A stretch of DNA of 64,000 nucleotides from the NCBI GenBank assembly GCA_963828525.1, contig CAWHEP010000001.1, positions 64,001 through 128,000 of the forward strand, in the 5' to 3' direction. The notes beneath the pieces were generated by a model. The model was not told the DNA's origin, searched no databases, and saw nothing but the letters and a program-made list of their open reading frames with translations. Below, in pieces: positions 40,496 through 56,491 of this stretch. The DNA is from an uncultured Verrucomicrobiae bacterium (GTDB lineage Bacteria > Verrucomicrobiota > Verrucomicrobiia > Chthoniobacterales > Chthoniobacteraceae). The translations under genes were made by a program, and so were the position numbers. Position 1 is the first letter of the stretch. The number at the start of each line of letters is the position of its first letter.

Positions 40496-40617
40496 CGCAG
40501 TTCGCTTCAGGCCATTTTGACGGAACCAACCCTGGTCGTTTGGATTTACTTTCAACCGATCCGGGGTTTTTCGCCCTTGTGGCCGGAGGTGACGGTGAAG
40601 CGGCATGTGTGAAGTAG

Positions 40618-40693
40618 GCCCATGTAGCTCAGTTGGCAGAGCACGTCCTTGGTAAGGACGAGGTCACCGGTTCGATCCCGGTCATGGGCTCCA
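40618..40693 (+). tRNA. tRNA-Thr(GGT)
   Basis: GCCCATG/CATGGGC acceptor, GGT anticodon, GTTCGA T-loop, CCA end. Confidence 0.95.
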
Positions 40694-40764
40694 TGCGCCG
40701 AGTTTGAGCAACGCTGGGATTTGAAAAAGTAGATTAAACCTGAACTAAAAGTAGGAGACCTTAA

Positions 40765-41949
40765 ATGGCCAAGGATAAATTCGAGAGAAACAAGCCACAT
40801 GTGAATGTCGGCACGATCGGTCACGTTGACCACGGCAAAACTACCCTCACGTCGGCAATCACCACCATTCTTGCGAAGAAAGGTTTCGCGGAAGCCAAGG
40901 CCTACGACCAGATTGACGCTGCTCCGGAGGAAAAAGAGCGCGGCATCACCATTTCCACCGCCCACGTGGAGTATCAGAGCGACAAGCGCCATTACGCGCA
41001 TGTCGATTGCCCAGGGCACGCGGATTACGTTAAGAACATGATTACCGGCGCTGCTCAGATGGACGGCGCGATTTTGGTTGTTAGCGCGGCGGACGGTCCA
41101 ATGCCTCAGACGCGCGAGCATATCCTCCTCGCCCGCCAGGTCGGAGTTCCTTCAATTGTCGTGTTCCTCAACAAAGTGGACATGGTGGATGACCCCGAAC
41201 TCCTTGATCTGGTCGAGATGGAAGTGCGTGATCTTCTTACGCAGTACGAGTTTCCCGGCGACAAGATCCCTATCGTTAAGGGAAGCGCTCTTAAAGCCCT
41301 GGAAGGGGACGCGGAAGCTGAGAAACAGATTCTCGCGCTAATCGACGCGGTGGATGAATACATCCCCGTGCCTGAGCGCCCGATTGATCAGCCGTTCCTC
41401 CTTCCTGTGGAAGACGTTTTCAACATTGAAGGTCGTGGCACCGTCGCGACGGGTCGAGTGGAGCGCGGCATTCTCAAGAAGATGGAAGAGGTTGAGATTG
41501 TTGGTATTACCAATACGGCGAAGACGGTCTGCACCGACATCGAAATGTTTCGCAAGCTTCTCGACGAGGCTCGCGCCGGTGACAACGTAGGCTTGCTGCT
41601 GCGCGGTGTGAAAAAGGAAGATGTTTTCCGTGGGCAGGTGATTTCCAAGCCCGGTTCGATCAAGCCGCACAAAAAATTCAAAGCAGAGGTTTATGTGCTA
41701 AGCAAAGAGGAGGGCGGCCGCCACACTCCATTCTTTACTAACTATCGCCCGCAATTCTACTTCCGGACGACAGACGTGACCGGAACGTGCAAACTGCCTG
41801 ATGGCGTCGAGATGGTGATGCCAGGGGACAATGTATCGATCGAGGTCGAATTGCACACCCCAATCGCGATGGAGAAGACCATTCGTTTCGCGATTCGTGA
41901 AGGCGGCAAAACGGTGGGCGCAGGGAGGGTAAGCGATATTCTGGATTAG
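40765..41949 (+). CDS. tuf: Elongation factor Tu
   Basis: [22 protein letters not shown]. Confidence 0.98.
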   Translation: MAKDKFERNKPHVNVGTIGHVDHGKTTLTSAITTILAKKGFAEAKAYDQIDAAPEEKERGITISTAHVEYQSDKRHYAHVDCPGHADYVKNMITGAAQMDGAILVVSAADGPMPQTREHILLARQVGVPSIVVFLNKVDMVDDPELLDLVEMEVRDLLTQYEFPGDKIPIVKGSALKALEGDAEAEKQILALIDAVDEYIPVPERPIDQPFLLPVEDVFNIEGRGTVATGRVERGILKKMEEVEIVGITNTAKTVCTDIEMFRKLLDEARAGDNVGLLLRGVKKEDVFRGQVISKPGSIKPHKKFKAEVYVLSKEEGGRHTPFFTNYRPQFYFRTTDVTGTCKLPDGVEMVMPGDNVSIEVELHTPIAMEKTIRFAIREGGKTVGAGRVSDILD

Positions 41950-41959
41950 TTTTTGTCTT

Positions 41960-42032
41960 AGGTCAGTAGCTCAATTGGTAGAGTAGCGGTCTCCAAAACC
42001 GTCGGTTGGGGGTTCGAGTCCCTCCTGGCCTG
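41960..42032 (+). tRNA. tRNA-Trp(CCA), CCA tail not encoded
   Basis: AGGTCAG/CTGGCCT acceptor, CTCCAAA anticodon loop, GTTCGA. Confidence 0.93.
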
Positions 42033-42072
42033 TTGACCTCCGAAATATCCTTCACACAGCGCGACTTTTTAA

Positions 42073-42282
42073 ATGGGAAAGCTGAAAACTTTTAGTAGCG
42101 AAGTATCCACCGAACTTCAGAAGGCGAGCTGGCCTTGGGATCCCAAGGAGCGCGGCTTCAAGAGGTACAAGGAACTCGTGGACTCAACGGTGATCGTGGT
42201 GATCGCCATGTTGCTGTTGGCGGGGTACATCGCGTTTTGGGATTTCGTGCTTTTGAACGTCGTCGGTGGTCTGACTCGATAA
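42073..42282 (+). CDS. secE: Preprotein translocase SecE
   Basis: ELQKASWP plus one TM, between tRNA-Trp and nusG. Confidence 0.9.
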   Translation: MGKLKTFSSEVSTELQKASWPWDPKERGFKRYKELVDSTVIVVIAMLLLAGYIAFWDFVLLNVVGGLTR

Positions 42283-42286
42283 GCTG

Positions 42287-42853
42287 ATGATGAAGGAGCC
42301 TGATAAAAACCAGTGGTTTGTCATTCATGTCCTCGCCGGCCAGGAGCAGAAGGTGCATGATAACCTGGTCAAGAGGATCAAGACCGAGGAAATGAGTGAT
42401 CTCGTTTACGAGGTTCTGATCCCGACCGAACGCGTTTCAGAGATCAAACGCGGCAAGAAAACGGAGACGACCCGCAAGTTTTTCCCAGGCTATTTGATAG
42501 CTAATATGTATCTGCTGGACGACAGCAAGCAACTGGTGGATCGCACTTGGTATTTTATACGCGAGACCACGGGGGTGATTGGGTTCGCGGGAACTAAGGA
42601 TCGTCCGATCCCGATGCGTGACTCCGAGGTGCAGGGCATGCTCGCGCAGATGCGGGAGCGTGAGGACAAGGTGAAGCCAAAAGTGAGCTTCGAAGTGGGA
42701 GAGACTGTGAAGGTGGCTGATGGTCCATTCCAGAATCAGAGTGGGATTGTGGAGGAAATCGATCCTGAACGCGGTCGGCTGCGCGTGTCGGTCAACATTT
42801 TCGGGCGCTCTGCCCCGGTCGATCTGGAATATTGGCAGGTTGAGAGAGGTTAA
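42287..42853 (+). CDS. nusG: Transcription factor NusG
   Basis: [30 protein letters not shown]. Confidence 0.96.
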   Translation: MMKEPDKNQWFVIHVLAGQEQKVHDNLVKRIKTEEMSDLVYEVLIPTERVSEIKRGKKTETTRKFFPGYLIANMYLLDDSKQLVDRTWYFIRETTGVIGFAGTKDRPIPMRDSEVQGMLAQMREREDKVKPKVSFEVGETVKVADGPFQNQSGIVEEIDPERGRLRVSVNIFGRSAPVDLEYWQVERG

Positions 42854-42867
42854 AGACTTTAAAAATC

Positions 42868-43293
42868 ATGGCTAAAGAGATTGTAGCTCAAATCAAACTT
42901 CAGATTCCCGCTGGGGCGGCGAATCCAGCTCCTCCTGTCGGTCCAGCTCTCGGCCAGCAGGGCGTGAACATCATGATGTTCTGCAAGGAATTCAACGCGG
43001 CCACGCAGAAGCAAGCGGGCGACATACTGCCGGTCGTAATCACGGTTTTTAAGGACAAGTCGTTCACGTTCATCACCAAGTCACCGCCGGCGGCAATCCT
43101 TTTGAAAAAGGCGGCGAATATTGCTTCGGGGTCCAAGGAACCAAACAAGACGAAGGTGGCGAAGCTGACCAAGAAGCAGGTCTTGGACATCGTAAAAATC
43201 AAAATGAAGGATCTCAATGCCCGGACTGAGGAAGCCGGCTTCCGCATTATTTCTGGAACCGCGCGCCAGATGGGTATTGAAATAGAGGGATAA
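42868..43293 (+). CDS. rplK: 50S ribosomal protein L11
   Basis: [20 protein letters not shown]. Confidence 0.97.
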   Translation: MAKEIVAQIKLQIPAGAANPAPPVGPALGQQGVNIMMFCKEFNAATQKQAGDILPVVITVFKDKSFTFITKSPPAAILLKKAANIASGSKEPNKTKVAKLTKKQVLDIVKIKMKDLNARTEEAGFRIISGTARQMGIEIEG

Positions 43294-43303
43294 CCGTCCA
43301 TTT

Positions 43304-43332
43304 GCGGGAGAGCCATGGCTCGCTTGAACCGC
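43304..43332 (+). promoter_or_regulatory. Putative L1-binding mRNA site before rplA
   Basis: gcGGGAG-hairpin-GAACCgc resembles the L1 autoregulatory motif. Confidence 0.6.
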
Positions 43333-43340
43333 TACAAAAC

Positions 43341-44042
43341 ATGCAAAAACATCGCAGCAAACGTTACCTGGCAGCCGTTGGAAAAATAGACGCCAAGCGC
43401 GCGTATCCTCTTCATGAAGCTTTGGGGCTTCTGAAAACCCTGCCGCCTGCCAAGTTCGACCAGACCGTCACTCTCTCCTTCCGCCTGGGAGTCGATCCGA
43501 AGCAATCCGACCAGATGGTGCGCGGCACCTGCCCGCTTCCGAATGGCAGCGGCAAGACCGTCCGGGTGCTTGTGTTCGCCCAAGGCCAGGCGGCGACGCT
43601 GGCTCGCGAAGCCGGAGCTGAGTTCGTCGGTTATGAGGATATGATCAAGAAGTGCCAGGAGGGCTTCCAGGACTTCGATGTGGCGATCGCCACTCCTTCG
43701 GCAATGGCGGAAGTTCGAAAACTCGGAAAGGTGCTTGGGCCGCGCGGTTTGATGCCGAACCCAAAGACGGGGACGGTAACCGATGATACCGCAAAGGCGA
43801 TCAAGGAAGTCAAAGCGGGTCGTGTCGAATTCAAGTTGGACAAAAACGGGAATGTCGCTGTTGGCTTCGGCAAACTGTCCTTCACCGCGGAGGCTTTGGT
43901 CGAGAATGGCACTGCCGTCATCGAGGCATTGATCAAGTCTCGTCCCCCCGCCGCAAAGGGAGCCTTTGTGGAGAACCTCACGCTTGGAGCGACGATGTTG
44001 CCCGGCATTCGTATTGACACCGCTCAATTCTTGAAAGCGTAA
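43341..44042 (+). CDS. rplA: 50S ribosomal protein L1
   Basis: KFDQTV, LGPRGLMPNPKTGTVT. Confidence 0.97.
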   Translation: MQKHRSKRYLAAVGKIDAKRAYPLHEALGLLKTLPPAKFDQTVTLSFRLGVDPKQSDQMVRGTCPLPNGSGKTVRVLVFAQGQAATLAREAGAEFVGYEDMIKKCQEGFQDFDVAIATPSAMAEVRKLGKVLGPRGLMPNPKTGTVTDDTAKAIKEVKAGRVEFKLDKNGNVAVGFGKLSFTAEALVENGTAVIEALIKSRPPAAKGAFVENLTLGATMLPGIRIDTAQFLKA

Positions 44043-44064
44043 CCGGGAAGCACCTTCAACTCTT

Positions 44065-44592
44065 ATGAGACCGGAAAAGACCAATATCGTCACAGACTTG
44101 CAGGCGCGGCTTGCCAGTTCACCCTTTCTTCTCATCACGGAATACACCGGGATGAAAGTCACCCAGTTCGGTGAGCTTCGTTCACGACTTGCTGGCGCTG
44201 GGGCCGAGTGCAAGGTCATCAAGAACACCTTTTTGCGACGGGCCGCAAAGGAAGCGGGACTGCCTGAGCTCGGCGAGCTGAAGGGACAGATGGCGATCAT
44301 CACTGGCAAGCAGGACGTGGCGGCCGCCGCCAAAGTGCTAAAGACTTTTGTCTCGGAGTTCCAGAAGCCGATTGTGAAAGCGGGCGTATTGGATCACGCG
44401 CTGCTCTCCAGCGAAGATATTAAATCGATAGCCGACCTTCCCTCGAGGGAAGTTCTTCTGGCGACACTTTTGGGCGTTTTGCAATCTCCGGCTGCGAAGC
44501 TGGTTCGGTTGTTGAACGAACCCGCTTCCGCACTGGCGCGGATCCTCAAAATAAAAGCGGACAAGCAGGAAGAAAACGAAACAAAGGTATGA
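44065..44592 (+). CDS. rplJ: 50S ribosomal protein L10
   Basis: KVIKNT, LPSREVLLA. Confidence 0.95.
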   Translation: MRPEKTNIVTDLQARLASSPFLLITEYTGMKVTQFGELRSRLAGAGAECKVIKNTFLRRAAKEAGLPELGELKGQMAIITGKQDVAAAAKVLKTFVSEFQKPIVKAGVLDHALLSSEDIKSIADLPSREVLLATLLGVLQSPAAKLVRLLNEPASALARILKIKADKQEENETKV

Positions 44593-44635
44593 ATCAAAGG
44601 ATGGGCCATGCTCATCCGGCAATTCCTAAAAGCAT

Positions 44636-45019
44636 ATGGCAGATACAAGCACACTAGTTGATACATTGAGCGGACTGACCGTTCTGGAAGTCGCGGACCT
44701 GGTTAAGAAACTCGAAGAGAAGTGGGGTGTCAGTGCCGCCGCGCCCATGGCTGCCGCACCGGCCGCAGGCGGTGGCGCCGCGGCTGCAGCGCCCGTAGAG
44801 GAGAAAACCGCGTTCGACGTCATTCTGACCGAAGTCGGTGGAAACAAGATCGCCGTCATTAAGGAAGTCCGCGCGTCGGTCCCAGGGTTGGGCCTGGCAG
44901 ATGCCAAGGCTCTTGTTGAAAGCGCGCCTAAACCGATCAAGGAAGGCGTTCCGAAGGCCGAAGCCGAAGAGATCAAGAAGAAGGTCGAAGCCGCTGGCGC
45001 GAAAGTCGAAATCAAGTAA
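44636..45019 (+). CDS. rplL: 50S ribosomal protein L7/L12
   Basis: [29 protein letters not shown]. Confidence 0.97.
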   Translation: MADTSTLVDTLSGLTVLEVADLVKKLEEKWGVSAAAPMAAAPAAGGGAAAAAPVEEKTAFDVILTEVGGNKIAVIKEVRASVPGLGLADAKALVESAPKPIKEGVPKAEAEEIKKKVEAAGAKVEIK

Positions 45020-45043
45020 TTTCGACCCCGAATACATCCTCAA

Positions 45044-45079
45044 GCGCGACGGCAGGCAAAATATTTGCTTGCCGCGCGC
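45044..45079 (+). terminator. Hairpin in rplL-rpoB spacer (attenuator/processing site)
   Basis: cggcaggcaaa/tttgcttgccg stem followed by a pyrimidine-rich tract. Confidence 0.45.
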
Positions 45080-45206
45080 CTATTCGTGTCTTAATCTCTT
45101 CTCCCCGCTTTTCTGCGGGTTCATTTTCACCCATGCAGGTCTCTCTCTCACTCTGTACAGCCTTCACTGCGCCAGTCGCCAGCACCTTGGCTAATTAGGA
45201 ATCATT

Positions 45207-48200
45207 ATGTCGGAACGCATCTACTTTGGCAAACTAAAAGAGGCGAGCGAACCCCCAAACCTCATCGAGGTTCAGGTAAACTCTTACATCGATTTCCTGC
45301 AGGAAAACACGCCTGCTTCGAAGCGGAAGGAAACCGGCCTTCAGGCTGTTTTCAAGGAAGTATTCCCGATTCAAAGCTACGATGAAAAAATCGTGCTGGA
45401 CTTCGTGAGTTACGAAATCGGAGATCCGAAGTTATCCGCTCTGGAAGCGCAGCGTGAGGGTCAGACATTTAGCGCCCCTCTTCATGTCACTTTTCAGTTG
45501 CGGGAGGAGAAGGGCACGAAGGAAGAAAAGGTGTACATGGGAGAAATCCCCCTGATGACGCCGCAGGGAACTTTCGTCATCAACGGCGCGGAGCGCGTTG
45601 TCGTCAGCCAGTTGCACAGATCTCCCGGCATCTGTTTCGAATCGTCCATCCATTTGAACGGCAAAGTTCTTTACAGTTTCAGGATCATTCCGGACCGCGG
45701 TTCGTGGCTGGAAGTGCAGTTTGATACAAATGATCTTCTCTACGTTTACCTGGATCGCCGCAAGCGTCGCCGCAAGTTCCTGGCAACCACTTTTCTGCGA
45801 GCTCTTGGCTACGGTTCCGATGAGGAAATCATCAAGCTGTTCTACCCGATCGAAGACCTCACCCTCAGCGACAATCTGGAGGAGGACGACATCAGCAGCA
45901 AGGTCCTCATCGGGGATGTGAGGGATGGGGAAATCACGGTCGCCCGCGCTTTCGAGCCGCTGACGAAGGCCACTATCCGCCAGATCCTCAATCTTGGAGT
46001 TAGTTCGGTGAAAGTTGTCGATACGAAGCAGGACGACACGATCATCAAATCGCTCAAGAAGGACCCAGCCCACGACGAAGAGGAAGCTCTGAAGGATATT
46101 TATCGCCGTTTGCGCCCTGGCGATCCTCCAACAGTCGCCAACGCGCGGGGTCTTCTGAAGCGCCTCTTTTTCGATCCCAAGAAGTATGACCTTGGACGCG
46201 TTGGACGCTACAAGATCAACCAAAAGCTCGGCACCGAGACTGATCTGGGCGAGCGGATCATGACGAAGGAAGATTTCATCGCGGCCACTCGATATCTGAC
46301 GAATCTGAGCCGGGGCGAGGGCACGCTCGATGATATCGATCATTTGGGAAGCCGTCGTGTGCGAACAGTCGGTGAACTTCTGGCGAACCAATGCCGGGTG
46401 GGATTGGCCCGCACGGAACGGCTTGTCAAAGAGCGCATGACCTTGTTCGACATCAATATCGAGGGGATGACGCCGCAGAAACTCATCAATCCAAAAGCGC
46501 TCAGCGCCGTGGTGCGGGATTTCTTCGGACGATCCCAGTTAAGCCAGTTTATGGATCAGACGAATCCCCTGGCGGAACTCACCCATAAACGCCGGCTTTC
46601 GGCGCTAGGGCCAGGCGGGCTGAGCCGGGATCGGGCTGGTTTTGAGGTTCGTGACGTGCATCCTTCGCATTACGGACGCATCTGTCCTATCGAGACTCCT
46701 GAAGGGCCGAACATTGGTCTTATCAGCTCGATGAGCACCTTCGCGCGAATCAATGAATTTGGCTTTATCGAGACGCCCTACCGCAAAGTTGTGGAAGGTC
46801 GGGTTTTGGACCAAATCGATTTCCTGACCGGGGATCGCGAGGAAAACTTCCTTGTTGCACAGGCGAACGCGCCTCTGGATGAGAAAGGCAACTTCACTGG
46901 CGAGAAGGTGTCGATCCGCTATCGCGGCGACTTCCTCGAGGTCGAACCCTCGAAGGTCCATTATATGGACGTTTCACCCAAGCAGCTTGTCTCAGTAGCT
47001 GCGGGCCTTATTCCGTTCCTTGAACATGATGACGCGAACCGCGCCCTCATGGGTTCGAACATGCAGCGCCAAGGCGTCCCGTTGATCGTTTCGGAGGCGC
47101 CACTTGTCGGCACCGGGCTCGAGGGCAAGGTGGCGCGGGATTCCCGCGCTGTCGTGGTTTCCGAGTCGACGGGCAAGATTGCTTCGGTTACGGCGGATCA
47201 AATCGTCGTGACGAGCGATGGACACATGCCGGAAGGCCGCAAGAAGCTGAAAACCGACGTTGAGGCCAATGTTCATGTCTATGAGCTGCGCAAGTTTATG
47301 CGCTCCAACGCGGGTACGTGCGTAAACCAGAAGCCGATAGTGAAGAAGGGGCAGGCGGTATCCGCTGGCGACGTTATCGCCGATGGCCCGAACACGGAAC
47401 AGGGCGAGCTCGCCTTGGGACGCAATGTGCTAGTCGCGTTCATGCCTTGGAACGGGTATAACTTTGAGGACGCCATCATGATTTCCGAAAAGGTGGTGAA
47501 GGAGGATATTTATACTTCCATCCACATCGACGAATTCGAGATCGGCGCGCGCGACACGAAGCTCGGCCCAGAGGAAATCACGCGGGATATCCCGAACGTC
47601 AGTGAGGAAGCGCTCGCGGACCTTGGTCCCGACGGCGTTATCCGGATCGGCGCGGAGGTCAAGCCCGGCGATATTCTTGTTGGGAAGATCACCCCGAAAA
47701 GCGAAACGGAACTCGCCCCTGAGGAGCGCTTGCTCCGAGCGATCTTCGGAGAGAAGGCCGCGGATGTGAAGGACACTTCGCTGACGGTCCCTTCGGGCAC
47801 TTATGGCATCGTGATGGATGTGAAAGTCTCCTCACGCAAGGAAATCTCGCGTCAGAAGCTCACCCCGTCTGAATCCAAGCGCCAGGTAAAGAGCATTACC
47901 GACGATTACAATAAAAAGAAGGAAGAGCTTCACGAGCAACTGACAGAGGCGCTTTCCAACGTGTTGTTGGGAGAGAAAATCCCGCTTGATGTTGTCAACG
48001 CGGAGACAGGTGAGATTATCATTCCGGCCAACCGGAAGATCACGAAGACCCTGCTGCGCAAGCTGGCGGGTGTGTATGACCATGTGGACATCGATCCAAG
48101 TCCGATCCGCAACAAAATTCGCGAGATCATCAGCCAGTTCGAGCACAAGTTCGCGGAGCTGGATCTCGAGCATGAACGTTCCCTGGATCGTGTGGAAAGC

Positions 48201-49001
48201 GGCGACGATGTTGATCCGGGCATCATCAAGCAGGTGAAGGTATTCATCGCGAGCAAGCGCAAGCTTAGCGTCGGCGACAAGATGGCGGGGCGGCACGGCA
48301 ACAAGGGCGTTGTCGCGCGTATCGTGCCAGAAGAGGACATGCCATACCTCGCGGATGGGACACCAGTCGAGATCGTGCTGAACCCGCTTGGGGTTCCGAG
48401 CCGTATGAACGTCGGCCAGGTTCTTGAAACCCATTTGGGTGTTGCGGCGAAGGCCCTCGGCTTCCGCGTGGCAACTCCAGTGTTTGATGGAATCGACGAA
48501 GCTCGAATCCATGAGTATCTGCGCGAAGCAAAGAAGGTGGACGGCTTTACATGGGTCAATGAAAACGGCAAGGCGACAGTGCATGATGGGCGCACAGGCG
48601 ACACCTTCGACCAGCAGGTGGTCGTAGGCTATATCTACATGTTGAAACTAGGCCATCTTGTCGCGGACAAGATTCACGCCCGCGCGGTTGGTCCTTACTC
48701 GCTCGTGACTCAGCAGCCGCTGGGTGGCAAGGCGCAGTACGGAGGCCAGCGATTCGGCGAGATGGAGGTCTGGGCGCTGGAAGCTTATGGCGCCGCTTAC
48801 ACCTTGCAGGAGTTGCTCACCGTAAAATCCGATGATGTGCAGGGGAGAACGCGCATCTACGAGTCAATCGTCAAAGGCGATAACTCGTTGGAAGCCGGGA
48901 CGCCTGAATCATTTAACGTGCTCATAAAAGAAATGAAGAGCCTCTGCCTCGACGTGAAAGTCGGCAGCAAAACACCAGCCCTCGAGCAGAGCTTGATTTA
49001 A
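45207..49001 (+). CDS. rpoB: RNA polymerase beta subunit
   Basis: [45 protein letters not shown]. Confidence 0.98.
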   Translation: MSERIYFGKLKEASEPPNLIEVQVNSYIDFLQENTPASKRKETGLQAVFKEVFPIQSYDEKIVLDFVSYEIGDPKLSALEAQREGQTFSAPLHVTFQLREEKGTKEEKVYMGEIPLMTPQGTFVINGAERVVVSQLHRSPGICFESSIHLNGKVLYSFRIIPDRGSWLEVQFDTNDLLYVYLDRRKRRRKFLATTFLRALGYGSDEEIIKLFYPIEDLTLSDNLEEDDISSKVLIGDVRDGEITVARAFEPLTKATIRQILNLGVSSVKVVDTKQDDTIIKSLKKDPAHDEEEALKDIYRRLRPGDPPTVANARGLLKRLFFDPKKYDLGRVGRYKINQKLGTETDLGERIMTKEDFIAATRYLTNLSRGEGTLDDIDHLGSRRVRTVGELLANQCRVGLARTERLVKERMTLFDINIEGMTPQKLINPKALSAVVRDFFGRSQLSQFMDQTNPLAELTHKRRLSALGPGGLSRDRAGFEVRDVHPSHYGRICPIETPEGPNIGLISSMSTFARINEFGFIETPYRKVVEGRVLDQIDFLTGDREENFLVAQANAPLDEKGNFTGEKVSIRYRGDFLEVEPSKVHYMDVSPKQLVSVAAGLIPFLEHDDANRALMGSNMQRQGVPLIVSEAPLVGTGLEGKVARDSRAVVVSESTGKIASVTADQIVVTSDGHMPEGRKKLKTDVEANVHVYELRKFMRSNAGTCVNQKPIVKKGQAVSAGDVIADGPNTEQGELALGRNVLVAFMPWNGYNFEDAIMISEKVVKEDIYTSIHIDEFEIGARDTKLGPEEITRDIPNVSEEALADLGPDGVIRIGAEVKPGDILVGKITPKSETELAPEERLLRAIFGEKAADVKDTSLTVPSGTYGIVMDVKVSSRKEISRQKLTPSESKRQVKSITDDYNKKKEELHEQLTEALSNVLLGEKIPLDVVNAETGEIIIPANRKITKTLLRKLAGVYDHVDIDPSPIRNKIREIISQFEHKFAELDLEHERSLDRVESGDDVDPGIIKQVKVFIASKRKLSVGDKMAGRHGNKGVVARIVPEEDMPYLADGTPVEIVLNPLGVPSRMNVGQVLETHLGVAAKALGFRVATPVFDGIDEARIHEYLREAKKVDGFTWVNENGKATVHDGRTGDTFDQQVVVGYIYMLKLGHLVADKIHARAVGPYSLVTQQPLGGKAQYGGQRFGEMEVWALEAYGAAYTLQELLTVKSDDVQGRTRIYESIVKGDNSLEAGTPESFNVLIKEMKSLCLDVKVGSKTPALEQSLI

Positions 49002-49044
49002 GCTTTGCCCGTCTTTTTTCCAAATTCAGCGCAGGAGTGACATT

Positions 49045-53161
<4,117 letters not shown>

Positions 53162-53185
53162 CTGCTTCTCGAATTAAGGCCTGTC

Positions 53186-53743
53186 ATGTCCATTGCCACC
53201 AAGACCGGCGACGATGGCACGACAGGCCTGATGTTCGGGCATCGTGTGCGGAAGACGCACGCGCGGATAGAAGCTTGCGGTTCGGTCGATGAGCTGAACG
53301 CAGCCTTGGGCCTCGTTCGCGCCACTGTGGGAGACGAATTCATTAATGAGCCGGTTTTCGCCTTGCAGAAAGAGCTTGTGGTGCTGATGGGCGAGATTGC
53401 TGTGTTGGATGACGATCGCGAGCGGTATTTCGCTAAAGGACACAAGGCTGTCGATTCGGCGATGGTGGATCGGCTGACCGGCCTGATCGACGATCTCGAG
53501 AAAAATCATCGGCTGGTCTTCAAGAAGTGGGCAACTCCTGGCGATAGCCTTGGATCCGCTTCGCTGGATGTGGCCCGGACGGTGTGTCGCAGGGCGGAGC
53601 GGAGTGTGATTGCGCTGGACGAAGAATTTGGAAATGTAAATCCCCAGATTGTTCGCTACTTGAACCGGCTTTCGGACCTATGCTGGCTTTATGCTCGATA
53701 CGTAGAGACGAAGCGAAGCGGACTATCAGAAGCGGACACTTAG
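53186..53743 (+). CDS. PduO-type cob(I)alamin adenosyltransferase
   Basis: TKTGDDGTT, GSVDELNA, RTVCRRAER, YLNRLSD. Confidence 0.92.
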   Translation: MSIATKTGDDGTTGLMFGHRVRKTHARIEACGSVDELNAALGLVRATVGDEFINEPVFALQKELVVLMGEIAVLDDDRERYFAKGHKAVDSAMVDRLTGLIDDLEKNHRLVFKKWATPGDSLGSASLDVARTVCRRAERSVIALDEEFGNVNPQIVRYLNRLSDLCWLYARYVETKRSGLSEADT

Positions 53744-53768
53744 CGAGTGCCCGTGCGCCCCGACTCTC

Positions 53769-54362
53769 TTAGCGGCGTTTGACGAGCAGCGCCCGCCATT
53801 TCGCGATCATCCGCTGCAGTCCGGGATCAATTGACAACTCCGAAGCTTCGTCAGGCGTAACCCACCGCAATTCGTGGCTCTCCTCGCTCACGGTCTCGAC
53901 TGCCTCCGGTGGAGCGATAAGCACATATCGGATGTCATAGTGCAGATGAGGCGGTTCTCCTCCCTTTGCTGGAATCTCGTGGATATCGAGATCGAAAGGG
54001 CGCGCGGAGGCGACGATGAGGCCCGAAATTCCGGACTCTTCCAGGGTCTCGCGCTGCGCGACGCTGAGAATGTCCTCGCTTCCATCGCAATGACCACCAA
54101 ACTGCAGCCACTTATCTAACTTGCGGTGGTGGTGCAGCAGAGCGCGCTGACCGTCGTGGCTCACGACGAGCGCGCTGCCGGTAAAATGAGCCGGGAAACA
54201 GGAGCGCAGGAAACAGTCGGGAACTGAATCAAGCAGCGCGACCATTCGCTCTCGATCCGGTGCTTCCTCAGCCCTGTTTGAAAGATCAAGCGAGGCCAGG
54301 GATTCCCGCAGTTCTTTCCTATTCAATGGGAGAACGCTTATTGCGGACGGCACTCTGCGCAA
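53769..54362 (-). CDS. NUDIX hydrolase (start may be TTG 54326)
   Basis: HFTGSA, HHRKLDKWLQFGGHCDG...RETLEESG. Confidence 0.88.
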   Translation of the reverse strand: MRRVPSAISVLPLNRKELRESLASLDLSNRAEEAPDRERMVALLDSVPDCFLRSCFPAHFTGSALVVSHDGQRALLHHHRKLDKWLQFGGHCDGSEDILSVAQRETLEESGISGLIVASARPFDLDIHEIPAKGGEPPHLHYDIRYVLIAPPEAVETVSEESHELRWVTPDEASELSIDPGLQRMIAKWRALLVKRR

Positions 54363-54409
54363 TTTCTAGGTCGAGCTGTGGAAACGCCCCTCTGATGAAT
54401 GGCGCAACT

Positions 54410-56449
54410 TCAGCCAAGCTTAACCTTCCTTTCCGACAGCAGACGTTCCACACGCTTCATAAACTCCGAACCTTCCAGGTTCGCCTCTCTGACCACCTTT
54501 TTTAGAATGTCGTTCACGCCGGGATCATTCCACGTCAGCAGAGCGTTCATCGCCAGTTCTCTTGATTCGGTTTCGGCTTGCGAGTCTGACAAGAGGGCTG
54601 CAATTCCCGCTGTCAGGCGCTTGTCAGCGATCGCCTGTTTGCCGTGAGCCAGTCTCAAGGCTGCGTCCGCTGCGGCGCGAACGATTTTATCGTTTCTGGA
54701 GTTAAGATCTTCGACGACGAGGTCCAATACCTCCGGCCTGCCGAGATCTGCGAGGGCAATCAGTGCGGGTATAGCCAGCGGACTCCGAGGGTCGCTGGCG
54801 AAAGCAAGGAACTTGGGAGTCATATCCGCCGCCCCCAAACCCCCAAGAGCTCGAATTGCGGCGGAATTCCATCCAGTGTCATTGCTGGTTTCAAGAATGG
54901 TCTTGAGTTGGAGACGCGCGTCTGGGGCGGCATCCTTTCCCTGGATGGCAGCAAGGGCAGAGATCGCTGCGTCCAACAGCCACGGCTCCGACAGATGCTC
55001 CATGGCATAGGGGTATCCGTCCGTCATGCCATGCTTGCCCAGCGTTTGCGCCATCGCGAGTTTGACGCCGAGATTATTCTCCTCGACCAGGTGGGGTTTG
55101 AGAGCGGCGGCTGCCTCGTCAGTATCGATGGCGCGTAGCGCGGAGATCGATTCCTGGCGACCCTCATCCGATGGCGCGAGCATTGTTTCAAGCGGCGCGA
55201 CGAAGCGGGGATCAGGGTGGTGGTCATCCACGCAGATCTTACGACTTAAACTCGCAAATGTTTCGCGCTCGGACGCGTTCAGAGGTGAATGCCACAGATT
55301 AAGCAGAAGAGGAATTCCGGATTCTGGCGCCAATGAAGCAGCGGCTCTGAGTTCCGGTTCAATGGAAAGGCCAGCCTCCAGCTTCGCGTCGGAGCGGCGT
55401 TGTATGGAATCGGAAAGTTGCGAGCCATTGAGGGCGGCGGCTGTCGTAGCCACCACTTGTTCAGAGGCGGAAGAGGCATCGAGCGGGAGCGAGCGATAAC
55501 GACCCATTTCATGCGCTGCGGCCTCTTCCAGGCGCAGCGCGCCTATCGCTTCCAGGCGGGCATCCTGTTCCTCGATGGACTCTCCCACAATATCCTCCAA
55601 TAAAATGGCGCGGATGTTTTTGTCATCATGACCCGGCCTGCCGAGTTCCGCGATTGCGTGGTATTCCGCGCTTCGGGCCGGGATGTTTGTGCTCTTCAGG
55701 CGGAGTGCCGAGACCAATGTTTCGGCTGCGGTTGAATGAAGCTGGCTGTCCCCTGCATAATCGGCGTGAAGTATATCACCCAGCGTTTTCGCGGCGGCTT
55801 CTCGGACTGCGGGTGATTTAGAAGTGAGGAAGGGCGAGATAACCGGACCGGTTTCGGGGTTCTGCGCGGCAAAAAGAGCGCGCGGACGAATAGCTTGTAG
55901 GAGGGCGACCGCGCCCGAGCCCTCTGCGTGTCGCAGACCAGCGAGAAGCAGATCGACCCGCCGCGCCCGGTCGGTTTCGGCATTAACAGCGAGGAAAACT
56001 TTCGCGCAGTCGAGCAGGGGATCATCCATGCCGCTCAGCGGCGGTATTGACTGCTGTGTGGATTCGAAATTGCCATTGCCATTCGAGTTGCGGTAACCCA
56101 TCTCCGACCGGCCCAGGAAGAGGAGAACGAAAGAGCCCTGCTTGAGCGCTTCGGAGCGAACATCCAAATCGCTGTCGCTCAGCGTCATTTCGGAGCGAGC
56201 GAAGATTCCCTTCAGAATTCCCGCGGGCTTTAGCCGGTATTCGTGGTTCGTGACCCGGAAGCTTTTCCCGGCGAAATTCGATTTCACCTCGCGCGCTTCG
56301 ATGATTTGGGCAGCCATGATCAAGTTTGCGCCCCGAGCGGCTTCTTCCAGCTGGAACCCCCGGAACCATTCCACCCGGGGCGAAGGAGTTTCGGCTCGGA
56401 CGGTAAAAGCAACAAACGCCAGCAGGAGAAGAGTCCGCGAGGTTTTCAT
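54410..56449 (-). CDS. Secreted HEAT-repeat protein
   Basis: Signal peptide; repeats like VREAAAKTLG, SAAIRALGGLG. Confidence 0.7.
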   Translation of the reverse strand: MKTSRTLLLLAFVAFTVRAETPSPRVEWFRGFQLEEAARGANLIMAAQIIEAREVKSNFAGKSFRVTNHEYRLKPAGILKGIFARSEMTLSDSDLDVRSEALKQGSFVLLFLGRSEMGYRNSNGNGNFESTQQSIPPLSGMDDPLLDCAKVFLAVNAETDRARRVDLLLAGLRHAEGSGAVALLQAIRPRALFAAQNPETGPVISPFLTSKSPAVREAAAKTLGDILHADYAGDSQLHSTAAETLVSALRLKSTNIPARSAEYHAIAELGRPGHDDKNIRAILLEDIVGESIEEQDARLEAIGALRLEEAAAHEMGRYRSLPLDASSASEQVVATTAAALNGSQLSDSIQRRSDAKLEAGLSIEPELRAAASLAPESGIPLLLNLWHSPLNASERETFASLSRKICVDDHHPDPRFVAPLETMLAPSDEGRQESISALRAIDTDEAAAALKPHLVEENNLGVKLAMAQTLGKHGMTDGYPYAMEHLSEPWLLDAAISALAAIQGKDAAPDARLQLKTILETSNDTGWNSAAIRALGGLGAADMTPKFLAFASDPRSPLAIPALIALADLGRPEVLDLVVEDLNSRNDKIVRAAADAALRLAHGKQAIADKRLTAGIAALLSDSQAETESRELAMNALLTWNDPGVNDILKKVVREANLEGSEFMKRVERLLSERKVKLG

Positions 56450-56491
56450 ATCGTTAGGGGGGTGAGGGAGGTTCCGAGCGTATCCGGTTGG

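Noticed and set aside
41960..42032. Alternative genetic code or suppressor tRNA
   Set aside because: Standard CCA anticodon; TGA, TAG and TAA all terminate conserved genes normally here.
43332..48604. Long antisense ORFs over rplA, rplJ and rpoB
   Set aside because: Codon-bias shadows of highly conserved genes.
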